Shown here: positions 1 to 9,288 of the stretch, in pieces
How positions within the stretch are numbered: the stretch's first letter is position 1
Layout: every line of letters starts with the position of its first letter
Source of the DNA: an uncultured Thermotogae bacterium
GTDB taxonomy: Bacteria > Thermotogota > Thermotogae > MWEM01
Direction of reading: 5' to 3'
Length of the DNA stretch: 64,000 nt
NCBI GenBank assembly: GCA_963667315.1
Contig: OY763325.1
Location: 1,755,271-1,819,270, forward strand
Notes under the pieces: model-generated
What the model was told of the DNA's origin: nothing
Database searches by the model: none
The model's input: the letters and a program-made list of their open reading frames with translations, nothing else
Program-made: the position numbers and the translations under genes

Positions 1-1
1 C

Positions 2-169
2 TTTTCAAACCTGAAGGTCTTTTTACCCGCCGTCACTTATCCGACACAGATCACCAGTCCGCAGTTTGAAATCATCTTCGACGATCCGACTTTCGGTGGC
101 TTGATAGAGGGATTTACCGCAACTTATACGATTAATTTTCAGGATTTGATGACCATCATTACATTCTGA
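2..169 (+). CDS. 3' end of an unidentified protein (truncated by window start)
   Basis: Open frame from base 2 (FSNLKVFLPAV...LMTIITF) to TGA 167-169, followed directly by a terminator hairpin. Confidence 0.6.
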   Translation, partial: FSNLKVFLPAVTYPTQITSPQFEIIFDDPTFGGLIEGFTATYTINFQDLMTIITF

Positions 170-182
170 AAAACAACACCTC

Positions 183-219
183 AACAAAACAGTCCGTCAG
201 AAAGACGGACTGTTTTGTT
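183..219. terminator. Bidirectional intrinsic terminator
   Basis: AACAAAACAGTCCGTC-AGAAA-GACGGACTGTTTTGTT, 16-bp perfect inverted repeat between convergent genes. Confidence 0.85.
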
Positions 220-261
220 CTCACTGAACCACGGGTAAAACTGCCGATACTTCAGAGTTAC

Positions 262-1605
262 TTATTTGTCCAAAATCATTATCGTTCCCCATTTCGGATG
301 CAATGTGATGTCCAGTGAACCATCCGAACGATATGCTGCGTTATCGTTTAGAATATCCCTGTAGTTTCCCTGATGGCAATTTACATGAATCGTCCTGCTG
401 TTTTCCGAAGCGTTAATGCCGATCAGTGCCATCTGCGTTTCCGTTTCTCTCTTGAAAAGGATTTGTTCATGATCGAGATGAACCTGCTCATAATCTCCAA
501 ACCTCAGGACCTCATATGCCATGTACAACCAGTTCAACTTCTGAAGAAGTTTATAAATCGCTTTATGTTGACTCTCCCTTTCAAACTTTTCCAAATTAAA
601 AACGGGCCTGAGCATTATATCACTTGTAGAAGTCCGCTTCCCGGAGATCCCCCATTCGCTGCCGTAATACACGGAAGGCGTTCCGGGCATTGTATACATC
701 ATCAGATAAAGGGGATAAAGATCCCGACTATCGCTCACCTTACTTTCTATCCGGTCCACATCGTGATTGTCCAGGAATGAATAGAGCTTTTTATTCTTAT
801 AAATGCCGTTTTGTCCAAATTCCCTGTCGAGCGAATAGGCTATCTCGTAGAAGTTCTTATCATTAAAACTCGAGTAAAGACCCTTATACGCCTCATAATT
901 CGTTACAGAGTGCATCATGTCATCGTTCATCCACCTTCTGTAATCCCCGTGAATGATCTCCCCCATCAGCCAGAAATCATCACTGTATGCATCGGTAAAA
1001 TTTCTCAATTCTCTGATAAACTCAAAATTCAGACAATCTGCCGCATCAAGTCTGATGCCGTCAATTCCAAATTCATCTATCCAGAACTTTACCGCCGTCA
1101 GCAGATGAGCGCGAACCTCTCCATGATACAGGTTCAGTTTCACCAGTCCTTCATGCCCTTCCCATGTATCGTACGAAAATCCGTCATTGTGATGATTGTT
1201 GCCTTCAAAATTCATACCCGAGAACCAGTATTTGTAATCTGAATCCCATTTCTTTTCCTGTACATCTTTAAAGGCAAAGAAATCTCTGCCAACATGATTG
1301 AAAACACCGTCGAAAACGACTCTTATCCCCTTTTCATGAGCGGTGTTCACCATGTGCTTCAAATCTTCATTGGTCCCAAGCCTTCTGTCCAGTTTAAAAT
1401 AATCTGTCGTATCATAGCCATGAGATACCGATTCAAAAAGTGGTCCCATGTATATGGCGTTGAATCCCGATTCCCTGATGTAATCAAGATTTTCGGTGAC
1501 TTTATTGATCGAATCATTCCGCTCAAAACTGCCTCCGCAAAACCCCAATGCGTAAATGTGATAAAAAGTTGCGTTGTTATACCATTTTTCCCTGTTGATC
1601 ATCAT
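262..1605 (-). CDS. GH13 alpha-amylase / neopullulanase-like maltodextrin hydrolase (cytoplasmic)
   Basis: GH13 motifs HGYDT, DGVFNH, GIRLDAAD (nucleophile), GEIIH (acid/base), FLDNHD; no signal peptide. Confidence 0.9.
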   Translation of the reverse strand: MMINREKWYNNATFYHIYALGFCGGSFERNDSINKVTENLDYIRESGFNAIYMGPLFESVSHGYDTTDYFKLDRRLGTNEDLKHMVNTAHEKGIRVVFDGVFNHVGRDFFAFKDVQEKKWDSDYKYWFSGMNFEGNNHHNDGFSYDTWEGHEGLVKLNLYHGEVRAHLLTAVKFWIDEFGIDGIRLDAADCLNFEFIRELRNFTDAYSDDFWLMGEIIHGDYRRWMNDDMMHSVTNYEAYKGLYSSFNDKNFYEIAYSLDREFGQNGIYKNKKLYSFLDNHDVDRIESKVSDSRDLYPLYLMMYTMPGTPSVYYGSEWGISGKRTSTSDIMLRPVFNLEKFERESQHKAIYKLLQKLNWLYMAYEVLRFGDYEQVHLDHEQILFKRETETQMALIGINASENSRTIHVNCHQGNYRDILNDNAAYRSDGSLDITLHPKWGTIMILDK

Positions 1606-1615
1606 ACCCCTCCAG

Positions 1616-1631
1616 TATACCTATCGGTATA
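1616..1631. promoter_or_regulatory. Putative TetR operator upstream of the GH13 gene
   Basis: TATACC-TATC-GGTATA palindrome; same arms as 2232-2247. Confidence 0.7.
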
Positions 1632-1647
1632 TCCCGATTAAAAAAAT

Positions 1648-2214
1648 TTAAGAATAAATCCCGTGCATAAACTGATGTGACGCCGAAAATACGAGGTCTT
1701 CATTCAATGCGTACGCATCATTGATCGACAAACCGACATAACTGTTTATCATCCCAAGAAACGTTACGGCAAGTCTCTTTTCCCTGTTCCTCATATTCCC
1801 ATGATCGTCAGCCGCTTTTAAAAATAACGCTTCCATCAGATCATACTGTCTTTTCATGTACTCAATTGTAAGTTTTCTGAAGTTACTTTCAGGCGGTGCG
1901 AAATAAAGATTCAGCATGATCCTGTAAAAGTCCCTGTGGGCATCTGCAAAATTAAAATAAGCTCTTACCGTCCGGTTTATCGTCAACGGAAGATCACGAT
2001 CATACGCTGTTGCTTCAGCGGCAATTCGCAAAAGCTTCGCCGAATAAGTCGCCATGATCTCCTGCAACAAACCGTTTTTACTTCCAAAATAATGATAAAG
2101 CGTCGGTTTTGTAATCCCCGATCTCTCACAGATCTCCTGAATCCCGATGTTCTCAAACCCGCATGATGCAAAAGCCTTCAGAGACTCCTGCATGATCATC
2201 TCTCGATTATCCAT
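1648..2214 (-). CDS. TetR/AcrR family transcriptional regulator
   Basis: N-terminal HTH GIQEICERSGITKPTLYHYFGSK. Confidence 0.92.
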   Translation of the reverse strand: MDNREMIMQESLKAFASCGFENIGIQEICERSGITKPTLYHYFGSKNGLLQEIMATYSAKLLRIAAEATAYDRDLPLTINRTVRAYFNFADAHRDFYRIMLNLYFAPPESNFRKLTIEYMKRQYDLMEALFLKAADDHGNMRNREKRLAVTFLGMINSYVGLSINDAYALNEDLVFSASHQFMHGIYS

Positions 2215-2229
2215 TTAATCACCAAAAGA

Positions 2230-2259
2230 AATATACCATACGGTATACACATTTGTCAA
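2230..2259 (-). promoter_or_regulatory. tetR promoter with overlapping operator
   Basis: Minus strand TTGACA-17nt-TATATT; TATACC-ATAC-GGTATA palindrome at 2232-2247 covers the spacer and -10. Confidence 0.75.
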
Positions 2260-2282
2260 GACAGTATCAAATTTTATTTCTT

Positions 2283-4805
2283 TTACATTTTTTGTGGCAG
2301 ATATATCTTGAAAGTACTCCCTTTACCCAGTTCACTTGTTACCGTTACCCTTCCCCCCAGGATATCAATGGCACTTTTCACGATCGCAAGTCCAAGACCT
2401 GTTCCGCCGTAGCGTCTTTTAGAAGAGGAATCGGCTTGTGTAAACCGGTTGAAGATGACCGGCAGTTTTTCTTCGGGGATGCCTATACCGGTATCCGAGA
2501 TGGACACAACATATTCATTTCCCTCGATGGTAGCAGACAAAGTGACCTGCCCTTCTTTGGTGAATTTTACGGCATTTCCAACGATGTTGTTACAGATCTT
2601 TTTAAAGAGCTTGGGATCTGTTGTGAAGGTTTCCGGAAACGCTGATGAGATTTCACAAGAGAATCCGAGTCCGGCATTATCCGCCAGTTCTTTGTGGTAT
2701 TCGCAGATTTCTTCGAAATACGCTCTTGACTCAAGCACCTGAAGCTGTGCCTTGACACTGCCTTCGTCGATCTTTGAAAGGTCCACGATATCCTCTATGA
2801 TTTCAAGCAGCTGGTTTGCCGCTCTGTTTGTCGTCTTGATGAACGATTTTAATTCTTTATCCATATCGGAATACATGAGCATTTCCGTGTTTCCCAGTAT
2901 GATTGTCAAAGGGGTTCTGAGTTCATGGTTGAGATTTGACAGGAATTCCGCCTTGTTTTTAACCTGTCTTTCCGCAGACTTTCTGGCATTTTCCAGCATC
3001 AGTTCGTTTTCTTTCGTTTCCGTTATATCTTTATACGTGCCAACCATCGTCAGGGGATTTCCGGCCTCATCCCTTTCGACAATAAACCCGGTTGAATTGA
3101 TCCAGCGCCAGTCGTTGTGACTATCCAGCCAGATCTTATAATCGATGGAATAATCTTTCCTCAACCCTTCGATGTATTTGACTTTTTCTCTGAAGACATA
3201 GGCCATATGATCGGGATATACCGACTGTTCCCAAAGCATCAGGGGAGTTTGATATATTTCGTTGACGTTGTCCTTCTGTACTTTTTTAAAATATTTACTG
3301 AAGGTAAAACTTTCCGGTACGACTTCATTTTCAAAATCCCAGACCCACAAACCGATTTCACTGGCTTCCAGCGCAAGGTTAAAATGCGCCTGTGTTTCAT
3401 TCATCTTCGCCAGTGTTTTTCTCAGTTCATGCGTCCTGGTCTCAACGATGATCTCAAGAGATTTATTCATATTCCTTACTTTCTCATCGGCTTTTTTCTT
3501 TTCCAGAAAATTCTGCATGATCTGTGTAAAAACCTTCGTCACCGTCAGCGTTTCCTGATCCCAGCAATACTCAGACACCGTGTTGTCAAGTCCGAAAAAT
3601 CCCCACAATTCCCCATCACAATAAATCGGCAGGGTCAAGAGTGATTTGATCGATTGAACCATCAGCGACTCCCTTTCCGCTTTCCGCTCATCGGGGATCC
3701 TCTCTACACTGTCAATCTGTACCGGTTTTTTCATCCTGAACCGTTTCAGCCAATAGTCTGCCACTTCAATCGGAATATGCTGAAGTTGTTCTTTGAAGGG
3801 TTGTGTATCAGCATCACACCACTCGTAGGTATTTGACATCTGATTGTTTTCAAAATCAAACTCAAAGATATAGGTCCGGTTGGCACCGATGAGTTCACCG
3901 ATTTCCGCAAGGACACTATCGATCGTCTTCTTATGTTCTCTGACCTTGACAAATCTTTCAGCTATCTTGGCGGTATAATGTTCGAATTTGATCTTTCGGT
4001 TGAGTTCCTGATGGTATTCATGAATCTGAGTGATATCCTGAAGAACGCCCGTTGTAATCACAACATCACCAAAGTCATTTCCGATACTTTCAATTATTTC
4101 AGTCAGATACTTTATCCTGCCATCCGGAAAACGCAGACGAAATTCGATTGTTTTCTGCATCGGTTTTTTCCGGATCTCACGATTCGCATTGATAACGAGT
4201 TCTCTATCCTCTGGATGTATGATCCTGAGCACCTCTTCATAACGATTCCGCTTTGACTCTTCCTTTTCAATCTCAAACATCTTGTATATCTCACTGGAAT
4301 AAAACGTCTCGTTTAAGGCATGATTCTGTTCCCAACTCGCTATTTTATAAGCTCTTTGTGCACGATCCCAGAGTGTCCGGCTTTCCTGAAGTTCCCATTC
4401 CTTTTTCTTGGTATCGGAAATATCCCTGACTACACCCCGATAACCGAAATATCCCCCATCATCGTTAAACACAGGGGAGCCGGAGGCACTGACGTAAATT
4501 TCCCCGCCATTTTTATGAAGGTAGATCATTTCGAAATCGTTGTATTCGGAAAACTTTGATGAAACGTTATCCAGGAACCCCTTGACCCTTTCTTTATCCC
4601 TTTCAGGCAGCAAATCGAAAACTCTTCTGCCGATAACCTCTTCTTGAGTAAAACCGATAATCTTTTCACATTGATGGGAGGACCAGATGAATCTGCCCGT
4701 ATTATCCACAACCCAATACCAGTCCTTGACATTGTTAATCCAATGGTTGAACTTCAGAAAACAATCACAGGTCTGTTTTGTACAATCGGGGCAAAGTCTG
4801 TCCAT
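2283..4805 (-). CDS. Cytoplasmic PAS-PAS-GAF-PAS sensor histidine kinase
   Basis: H-box NHELRTPL, N-box NIVGNAVKFT, G1 DTGIGI, G2 GGTGLGL; PAS/PAC motifs (IHPEDRE, DIT), GAF (LLTLPI..GFFGLD); no TM helix or receiver domain. Confidence 0.92.
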   Translation of the reverse strand: MDRLCPDCTKQTCDCFLKFNHWINNVKDWYWVVDNTGRFIWSSHQCEKIIGFTQEEVIGRRVFDLLPERDKERVKGFLDNVSSKFSEYNDFEMIYLHKNGGEIYVSASGSPVFNDDGGYFGYRGVVRDISDTKKKEWELQESRTLWDRAQRAYKIASWEQNHALNETFYSSEIYKMFEIEKEESKRNRYEEVLRIIHPEDRELVINANREIRKKPMQKTIEFRLRFPDGRIKYLTEIIESIGNDFGDVVITTGVLQDITQIHEYHQELNRKIKFEHYTAKIAERFVKVREHKKTIDSVLAEIGELIGANRTYIFEFDFENNQMSNTYEWCDADTQPFKEQLQHIPIEVADYWLKRFRMKKPVQIDSVERIPDERKAERESLMVQSIKSLLTLPIYCDGELWGFFGLDNTVSEYCWDQETLTVTKVFTQIMQNFLEKKKADEKVRNMNKSLEIIVETRTHELRKTLAKMNETQAHFNLALEASEIGLWVWDFENEVVPESFTFSKYFKKVQKDNVNEIYQTPLMLWEQSVYPDHMAYVFREKVKYIEGLRKDYSIDYKIWLDSHNDWRWINSTGFIVERDEAGNPLTMVGTYKDITETKENELMLENARKSAERQVKNKAEFLSNLNHELRTPLTIILGNTEMLMYSDMDKELKSFIKTTNRAANQLLEIIEDIVDLSKIDEGSVKAQLQVLESRAYFEEICEYHKELADNAGLGFSCEISSAFPETFTTDPKLFKKICNNIVGNAVKFTKEGQVTLSATIEGNEYVVSISDTGIGIPEEKLPVIFNRFTQADSSSKRRYGGTGLGLAIVKSAIDILGGRVTVTSELGKGSTFKIYLPQKM

Positions 4806-4813
4806 ATTGTCCC

Positions 4814-5821
4814 TTATTCCCCTTCAGATACCATAACGTCAGCCAGTTTCTTGACGGCATATTTCACAGAAGGTGTTCTGAACGGATTCGCCGTTCCTTC
4901 AAGATTCAATAACCATTGTTCCCCGCGTTTAAAGAGGTTGATGAAAAAATGCTGTCTGAAGTCACCTTCGGTGTCCACCTCATCCTCTTTGTAACCAAGC
5001 GGCATATCTACGGCGATCGTCTTCACGAGAAGACTGTTCTCATCTTTTCCGGTATAGACTTTTTTAAACACACAGATCTGTGTACCGTCTTCATTTGTCC
5101 ATTTTTTGTTTAAATTTTTCATTATATTGTCAACATTTGACCCTTTAACGTTCACTCTCGCGTGCGGCATCTCTTTCTCCTCACTTAATAATCTTTTTAC
5201 ACTGTCAGACTGACCCTTGTACAGGGTCATTGTATGGATATTTCGCTCATAACCGATCCATTTTCTTTCGAAACGGGTAATGACTTCCCGCTCACCGTTA
5301 ATCACGATCGGTGTACAGTTAAAACCGTGTTCAAGTGCCATATTTCTTGTGTCGACGGCATAATTCACAACATCGGTTGCCAATTCCATCCTGCCATCCT
5401 TTGACAAGATCATATTCAATGTCCTGAAGAAATCCGGAACGGCAACTCTTCTCTTAAAATGCTTGTTCTTACTCCAGGGTGTGGGAAAGTTAAGGATGAT
5501 ACACGCAACACTCTCATCGCCAAAGAGATTTCTCAAGCCAAATCGGCCGTCCACCATCAGAATTCTGACATTCTCCACATTATCTTTCCACATTCTTCGA
5601 ATGGTCTTCGCAACAGATGTCAGAGAAGTCTCAAATCCGATAAAATTCCTGTCTTGATGCCTTCTCGCCATCTCAAGCGTATATTCACCGTTTCCGAATC
5701 CAACCTCAACGGTAAGCGGATTGCTGTTTCCAAATATTTCGTTCCAGTCAAGCGGATAGGCTATATAATCCTGAGCTCTTACAACATAATCGTATTCACT
5801 TTGAAGCAGCATCAAATTCAC
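4814..5821 (-). CDS. trmB: tRNA (guanine-N7)-methyltransferase TrmB with C-terminal extension (start possibly ATG 5812)
   Basis: EVGFGNGE SAM motif, NFPTPW..KHFKRR, LATD, TRFERK. Confidence 0.85.
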   Translation of the reverse strand: MNLMLLQSEYDYVVRAQDYIAYPLDWNEIFGNSNPLTVEVGFGNGEYTLEMARRHQDRNFIGFETSLTSVAKTIRRMWKDNVENVRILMVDGRFGLRNLFGDESVACIILNFPTPWSKNKHFKRRVAVPDFFRTLNMILSKDGRMELATDVVNYAVDTRNMALEHGFNCTPIVINGEREVITRFERKWIGYERNIHTMTLYKGQSDSVKRLLSEEKEMPHARVNVKGSNVDNIMKNLNKKWTNEDGTQICVFKKVYTGKDENSLLVKTIAVDMPLGYKEDEVDTEGDFRQHFFINLFKRGEQWLLNLEGTANPFRTPSVKYAVKKLADVMVSEGE

Positions 5822-7235
5822 ACCTTGTCTTGTTTAGTCTGTTGATGGTTCTTGCCTTTCCCAATACGGCAATCGTTTCAAAGAGTCCGGGAGTGATCAG
5901 TCTGCCTGTCAGAGCACCTCTAAGAGTCTGAAACACCCTTTTGTTCCCCGCTCCGGTTATCTCAGGCAACTTTCTTATCGTCTCTTCAACTTTTTCATCA
6001 TTGAACGCTTCCTCACCCAGCTGTTCAAATAATCTGAGGGCTTCGGATATTATAACATCTGTCGTATCTTTTGACAAAAACTTCTTGACGAGTCCTTCAT
6101 CATATCCTTCTATACCGAATAAAAAAGGCTCCACGAATTCGTTTAATTGTTTAAACGTATTGATCTTTTCACGACATATTCTGACGACATGCTTCAAATA
6201 CGCCTGATCCGATGACTCTACAGCATCCAGCATATTGGCATAATAATCATCGTCAGCTTTCATATACTGAAGCCAGTCTTTCCATTCCTCTATTATCATT
6301 CCAACCGGTTTTAATCTGAGATGTTTGCCGTTTACCCATTCCAGTTTTTTATAATCAAAGATAACGGATTTTTTAGTGATATTTGAAATATCAAACGCCT
6401 TTACCTTTTCAAAGGGATCGAAGATATCTTCTTCAACCGTCCATCCGAGCAATGCCAGATAGTTCATCAAGCCGTCCCGCATATATCCTTCTTTTCTGAA
6501 AAAGTCGACAGATGTGCCACCATGCCTCTTACTGAGCGGACTTCTATCCTCACCGAGAATGAGGGGAATATGCATGAATTCCGGAACTTCCCAGCCAAGT
6601 GCCTCATAGATCATAACCTGTTTCGGTGTATTGGTAATATGATCCTCTCCTCTGAAAACATGTGAGATCTGCATCTCATGATCATCGACCACGACCACAA
6701 AATTATAGAGGGGTTTCCCATCCGATTTGATGATGATGAAATCATCGTAATGTTCGTTTTCAAACACCATCTCACCTTTTAAAAGATCGTGAAATTTTGT
6801 TTTACCATCAGGCACTTTAAGCTTTACGGTTACAGAACACCCCTTATCAACCGCCTCTGCCGGATAGTCAAAGGACTGTCCAATCTCTTTTTTCGAATCT
6901 TCGGCATCATAAATGGCATAATACGCCGCCTTTTTTGCCAACAATGCCTTTAAGTGGGGGGTGTACACGCCCTTTTCAAACCTTTCCATCTGACGATACG
7001 GCTCGTAAGCACCGCCTTTTAAAGGGCCTTCATCCCATTCAAGTCCACACCATGACATGGCCCTATAAATCTGTTCCTCATACTCACCTGTTGAACGTTT
7101 TGTATCCGTATCCTCAACCCTGAGAACAAAACTGCCTCCCTGACTTTTTGAAAAAAGCCAGTTAAACAATGCCGTCCTGACACCCCCGACGTGAAGATGC
7201 CCCGTGGGACTTGGTGCAAATCTTACTCTTATCAT
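5796..7235 (-). CDS. gltX: Glutamate--tRNA ligase (Thermotoga GluRS2-like, no Zn knuckle)
   Basis: RFAPSPTGHLHVGG (HIGH), RVEDTD, RGEDH, PLSKRHG (KMSKS equivalent). Confidence 0.97.
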   Translation of the reverse strand: MIRVRFAPSPTGHLHVGGVRTALFNWLFSKSQGGSFVLRVEDTDTKRSTGEYEEQIYRAMSWCGLEWDEGPLKGGAYEPYRQMERFEKGVYTPHLKALLAKKAAYYAIYDAEDSKKEIGQSFDYPAEAVDKGCSVTVKLKVPDGKTKFHDLLKGEMVFENEHYDDFIIIKSDGKPLYNFVVVVDDHEMQISHVFRGEDHITNTPKQVMIYEALGWEVPEFMHIPLILGEDRSPLSKRHGGTSVDFFRKEGYMRDGLMNYLALLGWTVEEDIFDPFEKVKAFDISNITKKSVIFDYKKLEWVNGKHLRLKPVGMIIEEWKDWLQYMKADDDYYANMLDAVESSDQAYLKHVVRICREKINTFKQLNEFVEPFLFGIEGYDEGLVKKFLSKDTTDVIISEALRLFEQLGEEAFNDEKVEETIRKLPEITGAGNKRVFQTLRGALTGRLITPGLFETIAVLGKARTINRLNKTRCEFDAASK

Positions 7236-7247
7236 TTTAACTCCCTC

Positions 7248-7772
7248 TTACAATTCGCCGATCTTCTCAATAGCCGGCGTGCTGTTTTTTTCATTATTTG
7301 TCTGATTCAACTCCGTATACAGCTGGGCAATCGTCTTTTCGGTGACGGGATCCACCATCATCCTGCCGATTTCTGTCATCGGTTTGAGTACAAACTCCCT
7401 GTTTCTGAAATCGGGATGCGGTATTTTCAGATCATCTTCATCAACGATATATTCCCCATACATGATGATATCCAGATCGATAATCCGCGGTCCCCATCTT
7501 TCCGTTTTGGTTCTTCCCATGTCGACTTCGATCGTTTTCAGGACGTTCAGCAGGGCATGCGGTTTAAAGGGTGTCAGTATACCAACCACCGCATTATAAA
7601 AATCATCCTGTTCAACTTCTCCATATGGTTCGGTCTTATATATATTGGATTTTAAAACGACTTTGTTGTTTTTCGATTCGAGTTTCTCAACCGCTGTTTT
7701 CAGATTTTTCTCCCTGTCACCAACGTTTGAGCCAATCGCGACAAACGCTGCAAATCTTACCGGTTCCTGCAT
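7248..7772 (-). CDS. folK: 2-amino-4-hydroxy-6-hydroxymethyldihydropteridine diphosphokinase
   Basis: IGSNVG, YKTEP, FYNAV, RWGPRIIDLDI, IPHP, REFVLKP. Confidence 0.96.
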   Translation of the reverse strand: MQEPVRFAAFVAIGSNVGDREKNLKTAVEKLESKNNKVVLKSNIYKTEPYGEVEQDDFYNAVVGILTPFKPHALLNVLKTIEVDMGRTKTERWGPRIIDLDIIMYGEYIVDEDDLKIPHPDFRNREFVLKPMTEIGRMMVDPVTEKTIAQLYTELNQTNNEKNSTPAIEKIGEL

Positions 7773-7791
7773 GATACCAACGCCTCCGATT

Positions 7792-8037
7792 CTATAAACT
7801 ATTTGTGAGTTTTATCTCGCTGACAACCTCAAATTCAGGGTATTTAGAGCAGTCAATCGCCCTCACTTTCAGAACCCTGTTTCCAAATGCGATCTCTATT
7901 TCATCGCCAACATTCAGATCATACCCAGGCTTCAGGGGTCTTCCAGCCTTTTTGATCCTGCCGCTTTTCGCCATTTCCGCGGCAATCGTTCTGCGTTTGA
8001 TGATTCGTGTTTTTTTTAAGAATAAATCAAGTCTCAT
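7792..8037 (-). CDS. S4-domain RNA-binding protein (YabO/RqcP/Hsp15 family)
   Basis: MRLDLFLK..RIIKRRTIA..GRI..KPG..LNVGDEI. Confidence 0.9.
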   Translation of the reverse strand: MRLDLFLKKTRIIKRRTIAAEMAKSGRIKKAGRPLKPGYDLNVGDEIEIAFGNRVLKVRAIDCSKYPEFEVVSEIKLTNSL

Positions 8038-8121
8038 TCGTTTCCACCACCATTTTATGGTTATTGATATTTTCTAATCAAACGAAACCCTCAATGCGTT
8101 CCGTCTCTATCTCTTTTTACC

Positions 8122-9234
8122 CTAAAAGATCACAAGATCCGGTCGTCTCAATATCATACCATCAATCTCAAAAGTGAGAGCCGGCCATTTGCTGTTCTCC
8201 GGATACGAAACGATTTCATTTGTATCGGCATGAAGGATTGCGGTATCTTCGGATTTTGTCCCCGTGATCGTCGGATTCCATGCGATGCAGTTTCCCTCCT
8301 GCATGGTATATTTCAATGAAGGATTACAGACGAGTTCACGTGATTTATAGCCGGCAAGCCCACCCTGATGATGTTTTTGCCATTCACCTTCAAATCCTTC
8401 AGCTGCATAAGCTGATTCTATGACTTTAAACATCTGACTCATAACAACACCGGGACGTGAAGCGGCTATCAATTTCGCATCCACCCGACAATTTTTAAGA
8501 TGCTGCTCAACCAGTTCATCATTCTTCTCGAATAAAACGGATCTCGATGATGAGATAACGAGTCCCTTATGTCTGATACAGAAACTGACGAAGCAACTTT
8601 TTCCGAGCTTGACATTTCTCGGAAGGTTGTGGCGATAGGTCCGGGCACTTTCCGTTCCGAAAACAAGTACCAGAATCGGTTCATAGTTTCTTTTCAGAAA
8701 TTCGTTGAAGAAAAGACCCTGAACTTCAATCTCCGTCATTTCTGGGTTTAGAAGCGGCATATCACTGGAGAAAATGTCATCGATAACCTGTCCCAATTCC
8801 CTGAGATAATCAAATTCATATGAACTGAGCCTGTAGCGTTGTGCGCTGATATCCGCTGAAATATTTCTCGTCTTAAACCTTCCCGTGTCCGAAACGAGTG
8901 TTCTGAGATTGACCAGGCTATTCACCTTTTCGTACTCAGATTCCCACCAGTTAAACTCAACTTTTGTGAAAAGCTGATGTATCTCTACCGGTATCTCTTC
9001 CTCAAAAAGCCTCTTCATCTCAATGTTATTCGTTATGAAATAAACCTTCTCTTCGGTTATGAGGATGCTTGAAACACCTTCCGTCGTGTTAAAGGTAATA
9101 TGGTTACGAGCTCCAAAAGTCAGATAAGCGATATTTTCAGCTCGTGACAACAGCATCCCGTCATTTTCAGATCTTCTGATCACTTCTCTGAGTTTTGCAA
9201 TTCTTTCCCCTATGATTTTTATCATGTCATTCAC
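8122..9234 (-). CDS. M24 (pita-bread fold) peptidase/creatinase-like protein
   Basis: Creatinase-N-like N-terminus (LLSRAENIAYLT); C-terminal HHQGG, WNPTI, KSEDT. Confidence 0.8.
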   Translation of the reverse strand: MNDMIKIIGERIAKLREVIRRSENDGMLLSRAENIAYLTFGARNHITFNTTEGVSSILITEEKVYFITNNIEMKRLFEEEIPVEIHQLFTKVEFNWWESEYEKVNSLVNLRTLVSDTGRFKTRNISADISAQRYRLSSYEFDYLRELGQVIDDIFSSDMPLLNPEMTEIEVQGLFFNEFLKRNYEPILVLVFGTESARTYRHNLPRNVKLGKSCFVSFCIRHKGLVISSSRSVLFEKNDELVEQHLKNCRVDAKLIAASRPGVVMSQMFKVIESAYAAEGFEGEWQKHHQGGLAGYKSRELVCNPSLKYTMQEGNCIAWNPTITGTKSEDTAILHADTNEIVSYPENSKWPALTFEIDGMILRRPDLVIF

Positions 9235-9244
9235 CTCAAAATTG

Positions 9245-9272
9245 AAAAAAGCGTGGTTATTAAACCACGCTT
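9245..9272 (-). terminator. Intrinsic terminator after metK
   Basis: AAGCGTGGTT-ATTA-AACCACGCTT with a U-run on the minus strand. Confidence 0.75.
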
Positions 9273-9288
9273 AATGAATATGCTTTAT

